Shown here: positions 23,407 through 31,177 of the stretch, one piece after another
How the letters are laid out: each line of letters starts with the position of its first letter
How positions within the stretch are numbered: position 1 is the stretch's first letter
Assembly: GCA_900617105.1 (NCBI GenBank)
Contig: UYFQ01000509.1
Location: 124,001 to 155,177 of the forward strand
Direction: 5' to 3'
Source: Hydrurus foetidus
Taxonomy: Eukaryota
Length of the DNA stretch: 31,177 nt
Notes under the pieces: generated by a model
The model's database searches: none
What the model saw: the letters and a program-made list of their open reading frames with translations, nothing else
Told to the model about the DNA's origin: nothing
Program-made: the position numbers and the translations under genes

Positions 23407-23670
23407 CAGTTAGGCTTGAGCGAAGTTGTGTCTATGAGTCCTACCTCTTTTGTAAGTAACATAATCGAAGTACCAAAAGCCATCTTCACTTGCGCCCCAT
23501 CACACAAAAAATTTGCCTGCTGCGACACAGGATCCTCCAACGTGCTTGTTCGCCAATCAGATGCCTCTGGAATCATTTTGATTCCGCATCTAGACCAAAT
23601 TACGGTCTCTCTCCCAATGGAAACACCATTCGTTCAACTTCTTCTGGTCACCTCTATTTTCATAACCTTC
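23407..23670 (+). pseudogene. Start of pol: aspartic protease, in frame with gag, truncated by the nested insertion
   Basis: ACCDTGSSNVLV (DTG at 23524-23532). After a 1-nt shift in ctctcccaatgg (~23615) it reads ITVSLPNGNTIRSTSSGHL, a copia-type protease flap motif. Confidence 0.75.
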
Positions 23671-23905
23671 TGTGACCCGCACAGCTGTACAGCTGTACGG
23701 GTACAGGCGTACGTTCGGTTCGGATCGGGGACGATCCGAGCCATCCGATTCATGACTTGCTTATCGCTGTGTTTATCTGTAAGCTAACCACATCTCTTTA
23801 GCAATAGCACCAGCACACCAGCTGCCTTCCCCTTGCCCACGCGCCCCATTCCATCAGACCCACCGCTGAGCCCAGAGTTAGGCCATAATACTAGTATTTG
23901 GACCA
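23671..23905 (+). repeat. 5' LTR of the gypsy element (TG...CA, ~235 bp)
   Basis: 23671-23884 matches 30964-31177 except at 2 positions. The right end is inferred from ...ggacca, 3 nt before TGG. Confidence 0.88.
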
Positions 23906-23908
23906 ACT

Positions 23909-23918
23909 TGGTGCTCTT
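23909..23918 (+). promoter_or_regulatory. Putative primer-binding site TGGTGCTCTT
   Basis: Starts with TGG (complement of tRNA CCA) 3 nt after the LTR's CA. The cognate tRNA was not identified. Confidence 0.6.
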
Positions 23919-24435
23919 TTTAGAGACCAGTTCCAAAACGCTTCCCAAAAACATCGCCACGACCCGTAAAACGGCGTGCAAACAAGCTAGTAACTTGGCA
24001 ACAAGTGAAAACAACGTCGAAAGACACTACAAAGGCTACGTCTAACCGACAGCCTCTGAAACGCTTTCGTTAAAAAGCTCGAGTCGTCGATATTTTCGCG
24101 ACAAAATCGTGACGGCTTCAAAACTCGAAGCCTAACGAAGCAAGTAGCTCTGAGTCGAGCAAAAGCAAGTCCCATCGTTAGAGAAACGAAAGCTGGCCAA
24201 AACGCCCGCAGTTTAGCTCCTTGATAGGTTCAAAACGCCAGGCAACTTTTCGAGCGATTTCCGACGAAATCGCGCGAAAGTAAACCACCAACAGCTCCAT
24301 CAGTTAAAGGATCCTACGATCCCACGACATCATAGCTGCGGGATCACATCCTCAGCTCCATAGAGAGCCGCGTCCGAGTTCCGTCGCTGTCCAAGACCCC
24401 AAGATCAAGACGTTTCAACTCAAGACAAAAGTCCC

Positions 24436-27400
24436 ATGACAAGGGCCCAAATAAAGAAGAAAGCGGCTGCTAACGCAGCCGCCTCTGCTTCTTCAGCTCC
24501 AAGCGCTTCGCGCAGTGCTCCTCTCACTGAGAAGGAGAAGCACAAAGCGGAGCAGGCCCTTGTAAAGCAAAACATCGAGAAATCGATACAGGCTCTGGCC
24601 AAAGAAGCAATACATGTTTCGGCTACCCCAACTCGTCTTGAGGACGAACAAATTTTCTTCCAAAGCGTCTTAGCAGCAACAAAAGAAATGCAAGCAGCTC
24701 ACAAGCTAGAGCAAGCACAAATAGCTGCTGCACAAGCTGCTGCCGACGCTTTAGAGCCCTCAAACGACGAGCTCCTCGGGTTGGCACCCGAGGAAGCCGA
24801 GGGCGAGACAGACTCTCCCCTCGATACCCGCGGGTACTTAAAAGAGGGGGAGAAATCTCGATACTCCCTCCGCGACTGCAACAAATCGGTGCAGAGGACG
24901 ATCTGTTCGAACCATCAGTCGACGCCAAAGTCACAACAAAAAAGGCATCCGACACCGGCAAGGCCGAGGCCGACGCCGAGTCAGATCCGGAGGCTGACGC
25001 CGACGGTGACGACAATGCCAACAACAACGACGACGACAAACCTCCCGACGAGTCCGACGACGAAAACGACAGTAACGTCGACGACGTTAACGACACGGGA
25101 GGCGATGGTGGCAACCCCGACAGCTCCTCCGACGAGTCCGACGCAAGTAGTGGCGACGGGGACGACGGAGAGGGTGACGGGGACGACGACGGGAACGACA
25201 ACAGCGACGACGATGAGGCGAAAGCCGAAGTCGAAGTCGAAGACGACGAGGAGGTCGAACCCGAAAAGTCTAAGCCCAAGGACAAGAAGTCCCTTAAGAT
25301 AAAACCCCTAGCCAAGAAAAAGTCCCCAAAGGCGGGTCCCAAACCCGCCCCAAAGGACAAAAAGGTGAAAACCAAAGCCGATGCCAAATCCGGTAAAACA
25401 CACCGCGCGCAAAAGGCGGAAAACTCGGAAGAGGATTCCCCTCCACAACGCAAAGCGGGTTTGCAAACCTCCATCATCAACATGAAGGAGGCGTACTACC
25501 TCACTCGAGAAAAACTTCTCGACGACGCTGATAAAGCAGCAAGAGCGTTTTACGAACAAGCATACCGCCCCGGTATGTTAACCAGTTGGGAAATGCTAAT
25601 CGAAATGGATGCCATCCAAACGATCCGCGACCAGTTGCTTCGATGCAAAAGCGAGACAGGTTACAACACCAAGACTTGTCTCGCCTGGCCAACGGTTGAC
25701 GGCAAAACGTTAACGCTAAAGAACATTGCAAATGATCTTAAAAAGATCTTTTACAAAAACAAGCGTACGTCTTCCCATTTCGACTTCGAAATGAAGTTAA
25801 AAAATTGCAAATTCCGCATCAGCTGGAAAGATCCTTCTGTTGAAGACAGAGCTCTCTCTGAGTTCCGTGACATCCTACTCGGATTCTGGACGTCATACGA
25901 CAATATCGATGCCGACATGCAAAATGATATCTGTAAGGCCTTCTACAAGAAGCTGCCAAAGAACAACAAGTTCACAGACAATTTCATGGCAAAGACAAAA
26001 CGTAAGACGAAAAAGACCGGGAAAGATACCATCTTCAAAATGCTCACGCGTCTTGTCGTCATGCTGGGCGAAGCACGCCAGATGATCAAAGACGCGGAGG
26101 ACATGGGAGGTCTCGACTTCGTCTTCGAGTCAAAGCTCACGCCAACCGACCAAGACGACGCTGAGGTCGCACCTCACCGTGACAGCCACTCGGCTAACGC
26201 CTACAAGGCAATCCCAAAACGTCAGGTGGACCCTGAGTCGTCCGGCCTCAGCCGGGCGACCAACTTCTGTCACACCTGTGGCAAAAAGGGACACAACCGT
26301 TACGAATGCCAAAACCACATGAACCCTCACTGCAACCGTAGTCATCGCACTTGGTCGCAGTCTGAGGAGGCAAAGGACTTCAAACGGATTGGTCACGAAT
26401 TCTTCGTACCAAATGTGTACATCAACGGGGAACTTACCCGGGACACCAACAACCCCGGGGCAGCTACCTACGTGTATCCATCTGACGATGTGGAGAACGA
26501 CTTCTCTCCTCCAGGGAGAGCCCAAGACGACCGTCCGACCAAGAAACAAAAGCTGGCCACCAACAACAACACCAAGTACAACAAGTACAAGAGCAACCAG
26601 ACTCAACCGGATAGGGACAACGATCGTTCTAACACGAACAAGTTGAGCTCCAACTACAAGGGAAAAAGTAAGTCACAACTTGCTAACCCAAGTACGGACA
26701 TAATCGAGTACGCTCGAGAATTACCGTCAATGAAACAACTTCTATCAGCTGTATTAACTGAAAACATAGATGATTTCTTACAAGTTCACATATCTCTACC
26801 ACAGATCCGATCGCAAATTTCAAACCAAGTCGCGACCGACCTGACGATCGCAGGGACAACTCGCACCAGGCGGAGAGCAAGGAGGGGGATAGACACAAAT
26901 CTTCCTCGTCTTCCTCCTCCTCCTCCAACCAATACGTACCAAACTAGAGGCATGGAAGCCCTAGCCCAAATCGACACTGGATGTCAAGTCGGGGACGTCA
27001 TCAACGGTAGAGTCCTTCGGGGCCTCCGTGGCAAAACCCACTTGAGGAATATCCGACTCACCCATGTGGATGTGTAGTGGCTTAAATAATCAATGTGTAG
27101 AATCTACAAATGTGCTTGATATTGTTGTATCATTTAATAAAGACGATTTAAAACACACTTTTAGTCTTCCTGTCCGAATAGCTCCGGAGTCAAAAGTCGA
27201 CCTAATCTTAGGATTACAGACTATAAAAATTTAAATTTGGTAAAATAATACCAGAGTTCTTCCAGAACCTCGATAAAATAACGCCTAGTGCGATACCAGC
27301 TTCACCGCTAAAAAAACAAAGGGTGTCGTTCTCGGCTGAGGACGATGCACAAGTACCACACACGGTACTCATAGACACCGAACTACCCCCCGAGGTAATA

Positions 27401-30400
27401 TCAGCCAAAACAGCGTCAGCAGACACAATCCAAACGGAAATTCCTTTACCGTTACTAACGGAAAAGGACACTGTCCAAAAGGAAAGTAAAATAGCTGATC
27501 CAGGGTCCCCACTACCTCCTGGCATTGTTGTCATGGAGGGCATAAATCCCTCGACTACAGACTTTCCCCGGCAGGATAACCTGGTAGCTCGAGGTGCTTG
27601 TACACACAAGACTTGCAACTCTTCATGCGGGTGTTCTACAAGCTCAGCGACGGCAGTTGCTCAGCTTGCTTCCGATGAGTCCATACTACGCACCACCAAT
27701 TTGACAACACTAGTGTTGCCACTTCCGCGTCAGAATGGATATGGTGTAAAAACCAAAAGGCGTAAGAGAGTAGCTACTCTTACACCCTCATCCATAACAC
27801 CAACCGAAACGCGTGGTATTGCGGCAGCTCTACTTAGGGAGGAAGACGAAGACCTCCCTGAGGTTCGGTCTTTCCGTGATAAGGAAGGGATCGACTACAA
27901 GTCGAAGGATACCTTCGCTCCTTTTCAAGACAATCAAAACAACGATTCGATGTACTTAATTGATTTAATACATATCGATGGTACACCAACTGAGATTGCC
28001 GAAATTAAAGCGATTTGCATAAAACACAAATCGCTTTTCAAAAACGAGCTGGGTCCAGAACCCGCTCGAATTCCCCCTTTCGATTTCAAAAAGGTAAACA
28101 TACCTCAATGGAAACACTTCCGTAATCGGGGTGCTCCCAGAGTCGCTTCAACGATGCGACAAGAGGAAATCAGAAACAAATCGTAGCAATGCTCAAAAAG
28201 GGAATAATAAAACCATCAGATGCCTCATATTACTCCCAAGTAATACTTGCAAATAAACCAGACGGTTCACTCCGATTCTGCATAGATTACAGGAACCTCA
28301 ATGAGGCAACCGAATCTGCAAGTTGGCCGATCCCAAATATAAAACAAATGTTATACAGACTTGGCGCGCAACGGCCAAACGTATTCGGCGTAATCGACCT
28401 TACGGCCGGATACCACCAAGCCCCAATAACACTGGCGGCACAAGTATTTACCGCATTTATAACATTTATGGGTATATACCAATTCACACGACTACCATTC
28501 GGTCCCAAGATGGCCCCATCATACTTTCAACAGATGATGGCGTCAATAGTACTACTTGGCCTTATATACAGCATCTGTGAAGTCTATTTAGACGACATCA
28601 TCATATATGCTGATGGACACATCCAATTCTGTGAACGTTTAGAAACATTGTTTCAACGTCTAGAAGATAAAAACATTTCACTCAAGGCTGCAAAGCTAAG
28701 ACTTAACGTCAAAGTAGTTGAATATGTTGGTAGACAAATATCTAAGGAAGGTATATCAATGAGCTCCAAAAAGATAACGGGTGTGACTGACTTTCCGATG
28801 CCAAGAAAGACAACTGAACTACGTTCGTTCCTCGGTCTCACCAATTACTTTAGGGATCATGTACCAAATCACTCAAATGTGGTAGCACCGCTACACAAAA
28901 TGATAGATCACGCCGCCAAAAGCAAACATTGCTTGTCTGGACAGACGAAGCGGCCGACGCGTTTACGTTAGTCAAAGATCTTATCTCCAAGAGTCCCTTA
29001 TTATATTTCATCGACGATGTAGCACCTATTACCCTCATGACAGATGCGTCTGACTACGGTATAGGTGGTTATTTATATCAAGAAGTCGACGGAGTCAAAC
29101 AACTCGTCGCTCTCGTAAGCAAATCTCTTACCAAGACCCAGTTGAAATGGTCCGTAATACAAAAAGAGGCTTACGCCCTTTACTTTTGCTGTGACTATCT
29201 CGACGCCCTGCTACGAGATCGTAAGTTTACTATCCTGACCGATCACAAAAATCTTACTTTCCTGCACAAGGATAAAAATGAGATGGTCGGAAGATGGCGC
29301 TGTGCGCTACAGGAATTAGATTTTACGATAGGGTATATCCCTGGGAAAAATAATGAAGTCGCTGACGCAATGTCACGCCTATGTAAAAACAAGATGCCGA
29401 AACACATCATAACAGCAATCCTAACTTGCAAACCGCTTGCAGCGGAAATATATGCATACTTAATGCGTGTCCACAACTCTACCGTTGGGCACGGAGGATT
29501 CAATCGCACTTTGCGAAACCTAAAAAAAATAGGGAAAGTATGGGAAGGCATGAGACACGATATAAGAGCATACATTAAACAATGCCCGTGTTGCCAAAAG
29601 ATGTCTGCTGACAAACAAAACCCGTCACCCATCGTTTCACAACATCAACATATGCACCTATGGAATGCATAAACATAGACTTTATTGGTCCATTCCCGGA
29701 TAAAGGATACATCCTTGTTATGGTAGACACCTTCACAAGGTTTGTCGAACTATCAGCCACAACTGATAATACTGCAAAATCAGCCGTAACAGGCCTAATA
29801 GAACACATCGGTCGCTACGGAGCTCCCAAATTCCTGCGATCCGATAACGGTTCCCATTTCGTAAACAAAATCCTCGAGGAATTTGTAAAAGTTGCCGGTA
29901 CAACACACAACCTTATTCTACCATACTCTTCGCAAGAAAACTCGATAGTAGAGCGTATGAATAAGGAAATTAACCGACACATCACGGCATTTACATTTGA
30001 CCGTGCAACTACGGAAAACTACCGAGAAATTTTACCATTCGTACAACGAATTATAAATACGACATTCAACGTACGGACACAGTCAACAGCAGCAAAGCTT
30101 ATATACGGCAATGCTATTGACCTTGATGCCAACATCCTTCTCCCTCGAGATGAGATAAACTTAGACATGGCTCATGTCACCCATTCTACTGAGAAAATTA
30201 TGCAGATGCAAGATGAACTCATCAGAATCACTGCTGAACTACTCAAAGAAGCGGACGAGAAACGAAAAGCAGGCGGTTCCACCGACTACACAACGTTCGA
30301 AATCGACTCGTTGGTACTGGTTACCCACCGCACATCAAAACCAACACGCATGCACACTTTATGGAAAGGTCCCATGCAAGTGGTCGCAAACGATCTCGAC

Positions 30401-30735
30401 GAGTATACACTACTCGATCTTATTACCAACCGCGAAAAAAGATACCATGTATCAAATATTAAACAATTTGAGTTTGACCCCACAAAGGTCAACCCAACCG
30501 ATATCGCCCGACGAGATTATCTCGAATTCTTTATCGAAGATATCCTAGCAATGGAAGGGAACATCCGAGTGGTGGGAACATTAAAATTTCACGTCAAGTG
30601 GCTAAATTATCCCCACGACAGAAACACTTGGGAACCGTGGAAAAACATGCGTGACGCTGAAAAAGTCCACGAGTTCTTAATTGCTAAAAACCTAAACACT
30701 TGATTCCAAGTAAATTTGCTGCAAATTATCGTTAA
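24436..30735 (+). CDS. Gag-Pol polyprotein (~2100 aa once ~7 small frameshifts are corrected)
   Basis: CHTCGKKGHNRYEC (26268-26309); protease IDTG (D at 26973) and DLILG; RT LRFCIDYRNLN, DLTAGYHQ, LPFG, YLDD (28585-28596); RNase H TDASDYGIG, EAYA, TDHKNL, ADAMSR; integrase H..GHGG...CPCC, DFIGP, RSDNG, ERMN; WKGP (GPY/F); chromodomain FFIEDIL...FHVKWLNY....TWEPWKNM. Confidence 0.92.
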
Positions 30736-30948
30736 CCGATACACAGTATAAAACACAAAGGTTTACAAAAAAAAAAAAAAAAAAAAAAACACTAAATCAT
30801 AAAGATTACTCCCAATTTTCATCCTAACAGATTTTAGGGAGGTTTACTCAGTACGAACTTTATGTTTTAAGTCTGAGATAGTAGTTTTATGTTAGTATTT
30901 AGACATAGATAAGTTTGTTAATGAAAAATTTAGTACACCTTTTCTTCC

Positions 30949-30959
30949 AAAGAGAGGGG
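30949..30959 (+). promoter_or_regulatory. Polypurine tract
   Basis: aaagagagggg, 4 nt upstream of the 3' LTR. Confidence 0.85.
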
Positions 30960-30963
30960 CCAT

Positions 30964-31177
30964 TGTGACCCGCACAGCTGTACAGCTGTACGGGTACAGG
31001 CGTACGTTCGGTTCGGATCGGGGACGATCCGAGCCATCCGATTCATGACTTGCCTATCGCTGTGTTTATCTGTAAGCTAACCACATCTCTTTAGCAATAG
31101 CACCAGCACACCAGCTGCCTTCCCCTTGCCCACGCGCCCCGTTCCATCAGACCCACCGCTGAGCCCAGAGTTAGGCC
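30964..31177 (+). repeat. 3' LTR of the gypsy element (truncated by the window end)
   Basis: 214 bp direct repeat of 23671-23884. Confidence 0.95.

Larger units (their letters stand above)
22087..23670 (+). mobile_element. 5' part of a Ty1/copia-like (CoDi-like) LTR retrotransposon, interrupted at 23670
   Basis: Putative LTR, gag-like ORF and a DTG protease follow one another and are cut abruptly by the gypsy LTR. The superfamily is inferred from gag and protease motifs only, as IN/RT lie outside the window. Confidence 0.7.
23671..31177 (+). mobile_element. Near-complete Ty3/gypsy LTR retrotransposon with chromodomain integrase (chromovirus-like)
   Basis: Two direct LTR copies, PBS, PPT and domain order Gag(CCHC)-PR-RT-RH-IN-chromodomain. 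The 3' LTR runs off the window. Confidence 0.95.

Noticed and set aside
23620..23787. C-terminal half of ORF 23416-23787 as a real protein
   Set aside because: It is out of frame after ~23615 and runs into the gypsy LTR.
24850..25302. Thr-rich mucin-like C-terminus of ORF 24436 and the antisense Ser-rich ORF 24623-25483
   Set aside because: Both are alternative-frame readings of the GAC-rich acidic Gag tract.
28174..29672. Programmed ribosomal frameshifts within pol
   Set aside because: The breaks fall inside conserved RT, RNase H and integrase domains at short A runs, which fits sequence error or decay rather than recoding.
1..31177. Prokaryotic RT-based systems (retron, DGR, defence islands), rRNA or tRNA genes
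   Set aside because: The window has spliceosomal introns throughout, the only RT is LTR-type (YLDD with RNase H and integrase), and I recognised no structural RNA genes by eye.

Overview
Eukaryotic, intron-rich genomic DNA, probably from a stramenopile alga or protist (inferred from gene content and the retroelement type; not proven). Positions 1-21.9 kb hold six host genes whose exon chains I reconstructed by hand: a MAP2K/STE7-like kinase (5' exon only), a head-to-head 12-exon ASPM/Asp spindle gene, a 5-exon ~1090-aa type-I membrane protein of unknown function, TCTP, a calcineurin-B-like EF-hand protein, and an apparently intronless TBL/PC-esterase O-acetyltransferase. Several introns contain MITE-like palindromes or microsatellites. 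From ~22.1 kb to the end is a nest of LTR retrotransposons. A young chromodomain-bearing Ty3/gypsy element (2 mismatches in 214 bp between its LTRs) sits inside the protease of a Ty1/copia-like element resembling the diatom CoDi type. The host element is the most unusual part. It has no tRNA primer-binding site; instead the 10 nt after its 5' LTR are the perfect reverse complement of a 10-mer inside that LTR, next to a U5 hairpin, which is the Tf1-style self-priming layout. Its gag and protease are in frame, separated only by TGA-CAG-TTA, the CARYYA stop-codon-readthrough context. All family assignments come from motif recognition, not database searches.
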